Shown in pieces: positions 47,750-63,409 of a stretch of 64,000 nucleotides of DNA; position 1 is the first letter of the stretch, and every line of letters begins with the position of its first letter. The notes under the pieces were generated by a model that worked only from the letters and a program-made list of their open reading frames with translations, was not told the origin of the DNA and made no database searches. The translations under genes and the position numbers were made by a program. Origin of the DNA: Heterodontus francisci (Eukaryota); assembly GCF_036365525.1 (NCBI RefSeq), contig NC_090419.1, positions 11,966,001 to 12,030,000 of the forward strand, read 5' to 3'.

Positions 47750-49393
47750 GGAGCTGAACTCAAGAGATGAGGTGAGAGTGAGTGCCCTTGACATCAAGGC
47801 AACATTTGACTGAGTGTGGTATCAAGGAGCCCTAGCAAAACTGGAGTCAATGGGAATCAGGGGGAAAACTCTGTGACACTTGGAGTCGTACCTAGCACAC
47901 AGGAAGATGTTTCTTGTTGTTGGAGGTCAATCATCTCAGTCCCAGGACATCACTGCAGGTGTTCCTCAGGGTATTGTCCTCGGACCACCCATCTTCAGCT
48001 ACTTCATCAATGACCTTCCCTCCATCATAAGGTCAGAAGTGGGGATGTTTACTGATGTGTCTTTTTCTGGTTGACAAGATGTAAAGTGTGGTGTGCACAG
48101 GGATCTGTGCTGGGGCCTCAACATTTTACAATTTATATCAATGACTTAGATGAAGGGACCGAAGGTATGGTTGCTCAATTTGCTGATGACACAAAAGTAG
48201 GTAGGAAAGTAACTTGGGAAGAGGACATAAGGAGGCTACAAAGGGATAGAGATAACTTAAGTGAGTGGGCAAAGACCTGGAAAATGAAGTATAATGTGGG
48301 AAAGTGTGAAATTGTCCACTTTGGAAGGAAGAATAAAAAAGAAGCATGTTATCTAAATGGTGAGAGATTGCAGAGCTCTGAGATGCAGAGGGATCTAGGT
48401 GTCCTAGTGCATGAATTGCAAAAGGTTAATATGCAGGTACAGCATGTAATTAGGAAAGCTAATAGAATCTTATCGTTTATCGCGAGGGGAATTGAATACA
48501 AAAGTAGGGAGGTTATGCTTCAGCTATACAAGGCATGAGTAAGACCACATCTGGAGTACTGTGTACAGTACTGGTCTCCTTATTTAAGGAAGGATGTAAA
48601 TGCGTTGGAGGCAGTACAGAGAAGGTTTACTAGACTAATACCGGGATTGGGCGGGCTATCTTGTGAGGAAAGGTTGGACAGGCTAGGCTTGTATCTACTG
48701 GAGTTTAGAAGAGTAAGAGGCGACCTGATTGAAACATATAAGATCCTAAGGTCTTGACAGGGTGGATGTGGAAAGATTGTTTCCCCTTGTGGGAGAATCT
48801 AGAACTGGGGGTCACGGTTTAGAAATAAGGGGTCGCCCATTTAAGACAGAGATGAGATGAACTTTGTTCTCTCATAGGGTCGTGAATCTTTGGAATTCTC
48901 TTCCTGAAAAAGCAGTGGAAGCAGAGTCCATGAATATTTTAACGCAGAGATAGATAGATTCTTGGGAAGCAAGGGGGTGGAAGGTTATCAGGGTGGGTAG
49001 GTGGAAATGTGGTGTAATCAGTTCAGCCATAAACTTATTGCGTGGCGGAGCAGGCCCGAAGGGCCAAGTGGCCTACTCCTGCTCCTAATTGTATGTTCAT
49101 ATGATTGCACGATGTTCAGCACCATTTGCAACTCCTCAGATACTGAAGCAGTCCGTGCAAGAATGCAGCAAGACCTGCACAATATCCAAACTTGGGCTGA
49201 TAAGTGGCAAGTAACAGTCGCGCCACACAAGTGCCAGGCAATGACCATTTCAAACAGAAGAGTATCTAACCATCTCCCCTTGACATTCAATGGCATTACC
49301 CCACTATCAGTACCCCACTATCAACATCCTGGGGGTTACTATTGACCAGAAACTGAACTGGAGTAGCCATATAAGTACAGTGGCTGCAAGAGC
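47750..49393 (+). mobile_element. host LINE fragment with nested CR1 (48058-49100)
   Basis: Duplicate of 26665-28308. Confidence 0.85.
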
Positions 49394-50311
49394 ATAGATA
49401 TATGTATATATACACGTATGGAATACTCTGCACTTGCAGCCAAGTAATTTCTACCCATCAATCAGATAACCATCTATCAAATTTCCAGGTATCAGGTCCC
49501 AATCTGAGCAACCACCAACAATCTGCAATGATTGGCCCCATCTCCACTTTCTATTGGATCTCATAAATCAAATGCCCAGAAATCCATCCCTCATACATCA
49601 GACTCCCACCCATCTGACCCCAATCCATCATTTTCCATCATTCTGACCCCCATCTATCAGACCCCGTTCTGTCAAACTTTGTCAGTGACATACATCAATC
49701 AGACCCACGTTTATGGTATCCTAGCAATCGAATTCCCACCCACATTACTCAGATTCCCATCTATTAGACTCCATCAATGTGAATCCCATCTATCAGATTC
49801 CCATCATGCAGAGCCTCATTAATCAGACTCACATTTATCAGACCCTATTGATCAGAATCCCCTCAAACTGATCTCCAATACTACATTTCCAATCGATCAG
49901 ACACCCCCCCCCCCCCCCCTATCAGATCCCATGCAGAGAGACCCATATTAATCAGTCCCATTATCAGTCAGAGCCACCAGGATCAGTGGACAGTGTTTTA
50001 ATGACTGGAGTGCTCTGTGACTCCTGGTCTGCAGCCCTGTGGAGTTTGATTAACCCACTTTCTGGGTCATTGATCCTCTTTTATTATCTTCAGTCTTCTT
50101 CTTTTACACTGTGCTTCTCACTCTCTTGTCATGCATTTAAGGCTTTTAAATCAACACACACACCCAAAATCATTGAAAAATAAATTTATTCTCAAATATA
50201 ATTTATAACATCAATGTGAAATAGATTTTAAATCTTTTTACTCTCTAAATCAATATTATTCTATCACGTCAATGTGAAATAAAATCTTTTTACTATCTAA
50301 ACTAATGAATA

Positions 50312-53710
<3,399 letters not shown>

Positions 53711-53767
53711 GATCTCCTTCTGTTCTTGCAGCTCTTGAGAATGTGCTCTGTGTTTCCCGCTCCCGCT

Positions 53768-53975
53768 ATTTATACCGCGCCCAATGGAACGTTCCAATCA
53801 AACGAACCGAGCTCTGATTGGCCGCTGAAAACAAAACACTGCGGTTGCTTAGAGAAACAATAACAAAGAAGGTTCGACGGTGTTCCATGCTGATTGGTTC
53901 TTTGTGCAAAAGGCGGAACTAAGAAGTCGCAACAATCTATTATTGGAAGAGCACTAGGCAACAGGGAGCCATTTT
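53768..53975 (-). promoter_or_regulatory. promoter of copy 8 (TATA, CCAAT boxes, RFX-like sites)
   Basis: TATAAAT is at 53768-53774, with CCAAT/ATTGG boxes, GTTGCTTAGAGAAAC at 53844-53858 and CTAGGCAAC at 53954-53962. These blocks are conserved with the other promoters despite divergent surroundings. Confidence 0.7.
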
Positions 53976-54454
53976 TGCCCATCAATCAAACCGCGATTAA
54001 TGAGACACCCACCAGTCAGGGCCACCTCAGTCACACTGACATCCATCAGATCCCAATCAACTCTCCACAGATCAATACAAGCAGATTCTCAACAATCACA
54101 TCCCGTCCTTCAGACGCCCGTCAGTCACTCCTCCCTCAAAGAGGCATCCAGCAACAACAGTCCCATCTGCCAAATCCCCATAAATCAAACCCCCATCTAA
54201 CAGGCCTGCACCAGAGAAACCCCCGTCAGTCATGCACTCCTTACTCAGGGACCATCTCACAACTTCCATCTCTCAGATTCCCATGAATCGGAGCACAGGG
54301 ACCGGAGAGCCATCTTTCAGATCCTCAGCAATCAGCTCCATACAACACATTGCCATCAATCAGACCTCGTCTGTCAAATTCCTATTAATCATGCACCCAT
54401 CAATCAGAGTAACTCCGATCAAACTCACTGCAGTCAGACCTTCATTGTTAGACC

Positions 54455-55620
54455 CTGGGGTGAGATTGATTGCCCTGGATATCAAGGCAGCACTTGACCG
54501 AGCCTGGCATCAAGGAGCCCTTGCAAAATTGGAGTCAATGGGAATCAGGGAGAAATCTCTCCACTGGTTGGAGTCATACCACGCACAAAGGAAGATGGTT
54601 GTGGTTGTTGGAGGCCAATCATCTCAACCCCAGGACATCGCGGCATGAGTTCCTCAGGGTAGTGTCCTAGACCCAATCATCTTCAACTGCTTTATCTCCA
54701 TCATAAGATCAGAAGTAGGGCTGTCCACTGATGATTGTGCGATGTTCAGTACCATTCGCAACTTGTCAGATACTGAAGCAGTCCATGTCCAGATGCAGCA
54801 AGACCTGGACTACATTCAGGCTTGGGCTGATAAGTGGCAAGTAACATTCGCGCCACACAAGTGCCAGGCAATGACTGTCTCCAACAAGAAAGAATATAAC
54901 CATCTCCCCTTGACATTCTATGGCATTACCATCGTTGAATTCCCCACTATCAACATTCTGGAGGTCACCATTAACCAAAAACCGAACTGGAGCAGCCACA
55001 TAAATACTGTGGCTACAAGAGCAGGTCAGAATTCTGCGGGGAGAATTCTGCGGCGAGTAACTCTCCTCCCAACTCCCCAAAGCCTCTCCACCATCTACAA
55101 GGCACGTCAGGAGTGTGATGGAATATTCCCCACTTTCCTAGATGAGTGTGACTCCAAGCTTGACACCATCCAGGACAAGTAGCCCACTTGATTGGCACCC
55201 TATCCACCACCTTCAACATTCACTCCCTCCACCACCGACGCACAGTGGCAGCAGTGTGTACCATCTACAAGATGCACTGCAGCAACTCACCAAGGCTCCT
55301 TCGACAGCACCTTCCAAACCTGTAACCTCTTCCACCTAGAAGGACAAGGGCAACAGACGCATGGGAACACCACCCGCTGCAAGTTCCCCTCCAAGCCACA
55401 CGCCATCCTGACTTGGAACTATTATCGTTTTCCTGCACTGTGGATTAAAATCCTGGAACTCCCTCCCTAACAGCAGTGTGGGTGTACTCACACCCCATGG
55501 ACAGCAGCAGTCGAAGAAGGCAGCTCACCACCACCTTCTCAAAGGGCAATTAGGGAGGGGGGGGGGGGGGGAAATGCTGGCCTTGCCAGTGATGCCCACA
55601 TCCCATGAACAGAACAAAAA
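54455..55620 (+). mobile_element. CR1/L2-group LINE 3' portion (same family as the spacer host LINE)
   Basis: It reads ALDIKAALDRAWHQGALAKL and QQDLDYIQAWADKWQVTFAPHKCQ. The 3' tail is gggcaattaggga..aaatgctggccttgccagtgatgcccacatcccatgaa. Confidence 0.85.
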
Positions 55621-55624
55621 GAAT

Positions 55625-55856
55625 TAGAGTCAAAGGGTGGTGAATCTTTGGAATTCCCTACCTGAGTGGGTTGTTGCATCATTGAATATATTTCAGGCTG
55701 AGGTCGACAGCTTTTTGGTCACTGCGGAAATCAAGGGATATGGGGAGCGACTGAGAAAATGGAGTTGAGGCAGAAGATCAGACATGAACATGAATGGGGG
55801 AGCAGGTACAAGGGACCGTATGGTCTAGTCCCACTCCTGTTTCTTGTGTTCTTATG
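55625..55856 (+). mobile_element. CR1 3' end fragment
   Basis: agggtggtgaatctttggaattc...aaatcaagggatatgggg...ctcctgtttcttgtgttcttatgtt matches the other CR1 tails. Confidence 0.75.
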
Positions 55857-55890
55857 TTAGACCCTCATCAATCAAACCCCATATATCAGA

Positions 55891-55989
55891 AACAAAAACA
55901 AGAAATGCTGGAATCACTCAGCAGGTCTGGCAGCATCTGTGGAAAGAGAAGCAGAGTTTAACGTTTCGGGTCAGTGACCCTTCTTCAGA
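55891..55989 (-). mobile_element. ~100-bp Penelope-like terminal fragment with minimal hammerhead ribozyme core, 10-bp TSD
   Basis: The minus strand reads TT-CTGAAGA-A-GGGTC-ACT-GACCC-GAAA-CGTT-AAAC. The insert is flanked by atatatcaga (55881-55890 and 55990-55999). Confidence 0.7.
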
Positions 55990-56156
55990 ATATATCAGAT
56001 CCCCACCAATCAGTACCCATGAATCCCATCCATAGTAAGATCCTACCTATCAGACCCTCATTGATCAGTTCCCTGTCAATAAGATCTCCATAAAGCAGCT
56101 CCCCAGCAATCCTATCAATGAGATTCCCAACAATTAGCCGTCATACGTCAGACTCC

Positions 56157-57022
56157 TGTTACAGACAGTGGGAAGTGGTGTGTGTGACTTCCACTTTTCA
56201 CCTCTCAACTGACTGCTGATAGTGTTTTAAAAAAGTGTTTTAGTCCCTCAGTGTTTTAAGGGTCAAATAAATAGACAAACAGAAGGTTTTCTTGTAGGTT
56301 AAAAAAAGAAAGATAAATAGTTTTTACACAATAACTGAGAAATGTTCATGACTTCACCCACTCACGCATTCACACACACACACACACAGGAAAAGATAGA
56401 GAGTAGAGGGTAGCATGCATTTAGAGTCCAAATGTTGTAAAGGAGACCATTGCTTTAAAAAAGAACCTTTAGAAGCTATTCGTGAGGAAATCCTTCAGCG
56501 GTGCCTTGAAAAGGATTAAATGTTGCTGGCTCCTTGTGGTTAAACCTCAATCCGAGGTCAATGGTGGAAATCCTGGTACACTTTCGCAGATGAGGTGTTC
56601 CAAAGTGACCTTGAAATTTCTCTGCTGCAGTAGTTAAAAGATGTTATCAGCAGGGCTCCTGCTTAGCTGGAACTGTCTCACAGCTGTTCTGGCTGAATGG
56701 CTTTCTGACTCTCTCAGAGGGGTTACATCTGTTAAGGTAAAAACTTACCAGGTTTTGGTTTTAGTCAGGTGACTCAAGAGGCTCTCCCCTGGGGTGTTCA
56801 TTGAATGACCCAGGATGTGGGGACCATTGTTACATAATGCCATCTGAATGTGATCCATTTTGATAAATAGGTGTTATTTCACAGCTATTATTTGGCCTTG
56901 GCTTCGGAGTCGGTCTGTCTGCAAAATCCTTTGCTAGCCCTATTTTGATGATGGGTGCGTTTGCTGACAACACCACCACTAGGTGGTGCTGCAATGGCAC
57001 ATGCGCAAATGCAGCCTGTGAC
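56157..57022. mobile_element. possible solo LTR or other TE relic
   Basis: Composition changes abruptly from the ATCAGA matrix. The block starts TGTTA and may end GTGACA, with an internal (CA)n. The flanks (ctcc/ctac) form only an imperfect TSD. Confidence 0.3.
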
Positions 57023-57039
57023 ACTACAACATCACAGTC

Positions 57040-57570
57040 TGTGACGTCAGGCAGCTGCCAGGATTAAAGATGGCGCTGCTCAAATAATCACACGATGGCA
57101 ACCTAAACACATGGCAGCACACAATGGCTGGAGGGGAGGGAGCGAGCGGGCCGGGGAGGGGAGGGAGCGAGCAGGCCAGGGAGGGGAGGGAGCGAGCAGG
57201 CCGGGGTGGGGAGGGTGTGAGCGGGCGGGCGGGCAGTGAACGAGCAGGCGGGTGGGTGAGTCAGCAATCGGGGGTGTGGCAAGCGGGCGGTGAGCGAGCG
57301 GTCGGGGCGGCGGTGAGCAAGCAGGCTGGGGGCTGTGAGCGTGCAGGCGGGGGGGTCGGGAGTGGGCGGCGGGGGGAAGGAGGAGAGCGCACCCGCCACC
57401 AGCAAGGTCTTCGGACGCGCTCTACCCGCTCCCCAGACCCCCTCTCCCCCCACCCCTGCTCTCTCCGGCCCGGATTCCCCCACCATCTGCCCGTGTTTCG
57501 CAATGACGTTATCTGCGCATTCGCCAACCAGTCCTGCCACTGCGGAACGCAGCGCATGCGCAGAGGGTGA
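57040..57570. other. GC/CpG-rich island with G-rich degenerate repeat
   Basis: It contains repeated gggaggg(a)gcgagc(a/g)ggcc units, dense CpG, TGACGTCA, AAGATGGCG and GCGCATGCGC. Confidence 0.6.
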
Positions 57571-57631
57571 GACCCAAATCAACTGGACCCCAACTGTATG
57601 ATTCATTCACTCAGATTCCCATCATTCAGAC

Positions 57632-58740
57632 ATATTAGCATGGATAAAGGACTAGTTAGCTAGCAGGAAGCAGAGAGTAGGGATAAATGGATCTTTTTCA
57701 GGTTGGCAAGCTGTAACTAGTGAAGTGCCACAGGGATCAGTGCTGGAGCCTCAACTATTTGCAATCTATATTAATGACTTGGATGAAGAGACCCAATATA
57801 CGCTAGCTAAATTTGCTGATGACACCAAGATAGGAAGGAAAGTAAGTTGTCAAGAGGAGGTGAAGAGTCTACAAAGGGATATAGATAGGTTAAGTGAGTG
57901 TACAGAAATTTGGCAGATGGAGTATAATGTGGGAAAACGTGAAGTTGTCCACTTTGGCAGGAAGGAGAGAAAAGCAGTATATAAATGGAAAGAGATTGCA
58001 GAACTCAGTGGTACAGAGGGATCGGGTTGTCCTGGTACATGAATCACAAAAAGTTGGTATGCAGGTACAGCAAGGGATTGGGAAGGAAAATGGAATGTTG
58101 GCATTTATTGCAAGGGGAATGGAATATAAAAGTAGGGAAGTTTTACTGCAGCTGTCCAGGACCTTGGTGAGACCACATCTGGAATACTGTGCAGTTTTGG
58201 TCTCCTTATTTGAAAAAGGATATAATTGCATTAGAAGCAGTTCAGAGAAGGTTCACTCGACTCATTCCGGGGATGACGGGCTTATCTTATGAAGAAAGGT
58301 TGAACAGGTTGGGCCTATACCTGTTGGAGTTTAGAAAAATGAGAGGTGATCTTATTGAAATATACAAGATCCTGAGGGGTCTTGATAGAGTGGATACCAG
58401 GAGGATGTTTCCTCTTGTCTGGGAGATTAGAACTAGGGGACACAGTTGAAGAGTAAGAGGTCTCCCTTGTAAGACGGAGATGAGGAGAAATGTTTTCTCT
58501 CAGAGGGTCGATAGTCTGTGGAATTCTCTTCCCTGAAAGCAGTGGAGGTTGGCTCATTGAATTTATTCAAGGCTGAGTTAGATTTTGGATGGACAAGGGA
58601 GTCAAGGGTTGTGGGGCACAGACAAGAAAATGGAGTTGAGACCACAACCAGATCAGCCACGATCTTATCAAATGATGGAGCGGGAACAAAGGGCTGAATG
58701 GCCTATTCCTGCTCCTAAGTAATATGTTCCTACGTTCCTA
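57632..58740 (+). mobile_element. CR1 LINE 3' fragment
   Basis: ORFs 57725-58042, 57894-58292 and 58189-58449 carry PQGSVL, KFADDTKIG, LVRPHLEYC and QFWSPYLKKDI, followed by a CR1 tail. Confidence 0.9.
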
Positions 58741-59164
58741 ACCTCGGCACACCCACCACCCATTAATCAGACCCCAACTAATTAATCTTGAATGTTGCAC
58801 CTCCAGGCAATCACCATGGTTTCTTCCACAGCACTTCACAATCTTGTAATCTCCACTGCCTAGAAAACCCATCAAGCAGATTCATATCAATCAGCCCTCA
58901 TCTATCAGATTGCCATCAAGGAGACCCCATGTGTCTTATATCAGTCAGCTATCATTTTCAATCAATCTGATTCCCATCAATCAAACTCATATCTATCAAA
59001 ACCCTTCAATGGGATGCCACCAATCAGACCCCTACCCTTAAACGTCCAATTATCAAATTTCCATCAAAATGACACCCCACAAGCAGACTCTAGCTATCAG
59101 ACCATGCCTCTTAGGCCTACATATATTAGACTCCAATCTATTGGGCTGTATTTATTGTACTTGC

Positions 59165-59945
59165 ATGGGATGTGGGCATCGCTGGGAAGGTCAGCACATG
59201 TTACCTTTGAGAAGGTGCAGCCGTGTTTTTGAACGGCTGCACTTTGAGTGGTGAAGGTAATCCCACAGTGTTGTTAGGTAGGGAGTTCCAGGATTTTCAC
59301 CCAACTACGATGAAGGAACAGTGAGATGTTTCCCAGCCGGAATGGTGTGTGACTTGGAGGCGAACTTGCGGGTGGTGTTGTCCCCATCGGCCTCCTGCCT
59401 TTGATCTTCTAGGCAGTGGAGGTTGTGAGATTGTAAGGTGCTGTTGAAGGAGCCTTGGTGAGTTGCTGCAAAGCATCTTGTAGATGGTACACACTGCAGC
59501 CATGCTGTGTTGCTGGTGGAGGGAGTGAATGTTTAAGGTGATGGATAAGGTGCCAATCAAGTGGGCTGTTTTCATCTGGATGGTGTCACGCTTTCTGCCT
59601 GTTGTTGAAGTTACACTTATCCAAGCAAGTGGAGAAGGTAACGTAACACTCCTGACTTCTAGATGGAGAAAGCTTGAGGAGTCAGGAAATGAGTCATTTG
59701 CAACAGAATGTCCAGCATCTGACCTGTTCCTGTAGCCACAGTATTTTTGTATCTGTTCCAGTTACATTTGTGGTCAATGGTGAACCCCAGGATTTTGATA
59801 GTGGGGGATAGGTCGACGATAATGCTGTTGAATGTCAAGAGGAAGTGGTTACACTATCTCTTGTTGGAGCTGGACACTGCCTGTCATTGTGTGGTGAGAA
59901 TTTACTTACCACTTGATCAGCCCAATGTTGAATGTTGTCTAGGCT
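59165..59945 (-). mobile_element. CR1/L2-group LINE 3' fragment, reverse orientation
   Basis: It is the reverse complement of the 54455-55620 family (catgggatgtgggcatcgctgg tail; HSLHQQHSMAAVCTIYKM). Confidence 0.8.
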
Positions 59946-60734
59946 GGTTCCTGAAAGATCCCACACTCGCCGAGCATAATCTTTCTTTTGATCCCTCTCG
60001 CTGTGGATTCCCCTTCTCTTTGTGGAATTCTCCTCTCTCGGTGATTACACTTCAAAACTCCTTCATTGGCTGAAAAGCATTTTGGGACACCTTGAGGTCA
60101 TGAAAACTGCTAAATAGATGCAGATCTTTCTCTTCTCTCCCCGTGGTTGGCCCTTCTTCACTTGGATCCTCCTACTCCCCCCTTGGATTTCCCCCATATT
60201 AGTTTTCCTCTCTCCCTGTTCCTCCTGCTCTCACCCTCCTTGTGGTGCTTCCTCTCTCCATGTTGATTACCTGTTTCCCTGTGGATCTCCCCTGACCCTA
60301 CAGTTCTCTTCTCTCCACCATTGGATTCCTTTTCACTCTTTAGAACCCTGTCTCCCTGTGAAAATCTCCCTCTATATCTATCAGATCAACGTCGGTTAGA
60401 CTCCAATTGATCAGATACCTATCAATCAGACCCCATCTATAAAAACCCCTTCTATCAAAACCCCATTTATTTGACTCCCATCTATTGGGCTTCCATCCAT
60501 TGGACATCCATCTATCAGATTCTGAACAATCTGACCCCCAGCAATCAACTCCAAGTACACAGAAGCCAGTCAATGAGATCCCCCAGCAATCAGACACAAA
60601 TTATTCACACTACCATCTTTCACACCCCCGCTGTCCACCAGATCTCCATCCATCATACCAATCAGATCCATCCATTAGACCCCATCTATCAAACTCACAA
60701 CAATCAGCACCTGATCCATCATATCCCCATCTAT

Positions 60735-61400
60735 CTTCTTCTTTGGCCTCCTTGTCTTGAGAGACAATGGGTAAGTGCCTAGAGGTGGTCAGTGGTTTGT
60801 GGAGCAGCGCCTGGAGTGGCTATAAAGGACTATCCTAAAGTGACAGACTCTCCCACAGGCGTTGCAGATAAAATTGGTTGCCGGGGCTGTCACACAGTTG
60901 GCTCTCTCCTTGCACTTCTGTCTTTTTTCCTGCCAACTGCTAAGTCTCTTCGACTCGCCACTCTTTAGCCCCGCCTTTATGGCTGTCCGCCAGCTCTGGC
61001 GATCACTGGCAACTGACTCCCACGACTTGTGGTCAATGGCACAGGACTTCATGTCGCGTTTGCAGACTCTTTAAAGCGGAGACATGGGCGACCGGTGGGT
61101 CTGATACCAGTGACGAGCTCACTGTACAATGCGTCCTTGGGGATCCTACCATCCTCCATGCGGCTCACATGGCCAAGCCATCTCAAGCGCCGCTGTCTCA
61201 GTAGGGTGTATATGCTGGGGACGTTGGCCGTCTCGAGGACTTCTGCATTGGAGATACGGTCCTGCCACCTGATGCCAGGGATTCTCCAGAGACAGCGAAG
61301 ATGGAATGAGTTGAGACATCACTCTTGGCTAACATATGTTGTCCAGGCCTCACTGCTGTAGAGCAAGGTACGAAGGACACAGGCTTGAAACTCTCGTACT
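60735..61400 (-). mobile_element. RTE-clade LINE 3' end
   Basis: ORF 60789-61052 reads WESVASDRQSWRTAI...FICNACGRVC...LYSHSRRC, an RTE-type C-terminus with a zinc-finger-like motif. A short (GAA)n tail lies on the minus strand. Confidence 0.75.
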
Positions 61401-61731
61401 TTTGTGTCAGACCCTAAGTAATAGGCCACATCTAACAACCCCCACCCCCATCAATCTGATGACGTTCAATCCAACTCCCATCAATCAATCAGGCCTCCAT
61501 CAGTTAGACCCCCATTCTGTGACACCACCACCCCCCATCAACAAATCCCATCAATCACATGCCCATCATTCATATCCACATCCAACATGCTTCCATCAAT
61601 AGGGCCCCCATTAATGAAGCCCCATTGGACACACATCTATCAGCCCCCATCATGTAGACTGCTCGTCAGACTGCCGTCAACCAGACTCCCAACAGTCAGG
61701 CTCCCAAAGGTCAGACCTCCCGTTCAATCTG

Positions 61732-62160
61732 GGTACGGTAGCAGAGTGGTTATTTCTGTATTAGTAAACCAGGGACTTAGACTAATAAGCTGGAGCCATG
61801 AGTTCTAATCCCACAATGGCAGCTAGTGAAACTAAATTCAATTAGTTAAATAAATCTGGAATATAAATCGTGTCTCGGTAATGGCATAAAACTATTGGAT
61901 TGTCGTAAAAGCCCATCTGGTTCACTAATATCCTTCAGGGAAGTATAATCTGCTGTCCTTACCCAGTCTAGCCGATGGGTGACTTCAGACCCAATGTGGT
62001 CGATCCTTAACTGCCTTCTGAAATAGCCTGGAAGCCACTCAGTTGTACTCAAGAAGCTGTCTCACCACCATCTTCTGATGGGCGATTAGGAACGTGTGAT
62101 AAATGCTGGTCTTGCCAGCGATGCTCACATTCTATAAATGATTTTTTTTTTTTTTTTTAA
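61732..62160 (+). mobile_element. tRNA-derived SINE with LINE-derived 3' tail
   Basis: It has degenerate A/B boxes (tagcagagtgg; gagttctaatccc). The 3' end ctcaccaccatcttct..gggcgattagga..aaatgctggtcttgccagcgatgctcacatt matches the tail at 55520-55610. Confidence 0.65.
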
Positions 62161-63409
62161 AACACATGTCCAATGGAGTACAATCCATCAGACCCACATT
62201 TAGGAGACCCGTTCTAACAAATCCCATCAATCAGACACCAGTATTCAGACCCAAGAGATACAGCCCACATTATTTAGATTCTCATTCATCACACCTTCAG
62301 CAATGTCCCATCAGGGAGAGCTGCATCTGTCAGACCTCCGTCTACAAAAGCCCCTCCAACAAAGCCAATCTGTCAAACAGCCATCAATAATGTACACGTC
62401 AATAAGATCCTCACCCAGCAGACTCCCATCAATCGAACTCTCAAACACGTGTCCCAGTCTGCCATCAGATTCCCGTCAAACAGAACGCAGAAATACAACC
62501 AATGTCTATCAGACATCTGTCAATCACTCTCATTATTCAGACCCCTGTCTATCCTACTTCCACCCATCAGATTCCCAATCAAACCCCGTCAAGATGACCA
62601 ACCATCAATGTTTGAGGTCTGATTCATGACAATCAATGTCGAATCAGTGAGACACCCATCTGTCCAACCTCCATCAATAGACCCTATCAATTAGTGTCAT
62701 ATCAGACTTCCATAAGTCTCCCATAATTCAGACCACCAAACATCTATATCACCAGTCACATCTCTATCAGTCAGACTCCCATCAAGCTGGACTCCACCAA
62801 GCTTGTTTCCTTCAAGCTTGCTGCCATCAGTCAGATCCCCAACGACCAGACCACCAACCATCAAACGTTACCAGTCAGACCTCCCGTCCACCAGACTGCA
62901 TCTAACAAACTACATCTATCAGACGGCCATCAATCACATGCCCGTCATTCAGATCCACATCTAGCAAACTGCCTAATCCAAAGTATCCTCAAAGGCCCTA
63001 AATATCAAGACTCCCATCAATCAGATACATGCGTCAAACTGGCCATTAGTCAGATCCAGTCTATAAGCTACAATCCGTCAGATTCATTCGATCAGACTAC
63101 CAATCAAAGCCCTGTCTATCAGACTCACAATCGGACCCCATCTAACAGACACCCATCACAATCCCCAATTAATCAGATCACAACTGGTCAGAACCAGTGA
63201 GTGAATCAAACTCCCAATCAGAACCGCACCCAGCAGAATCTCAATCAGTACCTCATTAATCAGACTGCCCTCAGTCAGACCCCTGCCACTGAGACACCAC
63301 CTATCAAAGTCACCATCAATAAGACACTATCTCAGGCATCCATCAGACCCCCAATTATCAGCGAGCACAGGGACGATGGATGAATCATCCATTAGGCCAG
63401 TCAGCCCAA

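Larger units (their letters stand above)
60380..63400 (+). repeat. degenerate (C)CCATC(A/T)ATCAGA-type low-complexity repeat matrix
   Basis: Many imperfect atcaga/cccatc motifs, C/A-rich on the + strand, lie between TE insertions. The same matrix occurs in each array spacer (e.g. 5860-6415). Confidence 0.6.

Noticed and set aside
57103-57606. Pro/Gly/Ala-rich ORFs on both strands
   Set aside because: They arise from a GC-rich low-complexity repeat with few stop codons.
60380-63400. CRISPR-like repeat-spacer array
   Set aside because: The motifs are short, degenerate and irregularly spaced, the context is eukaryotic, and there are no cas genes.
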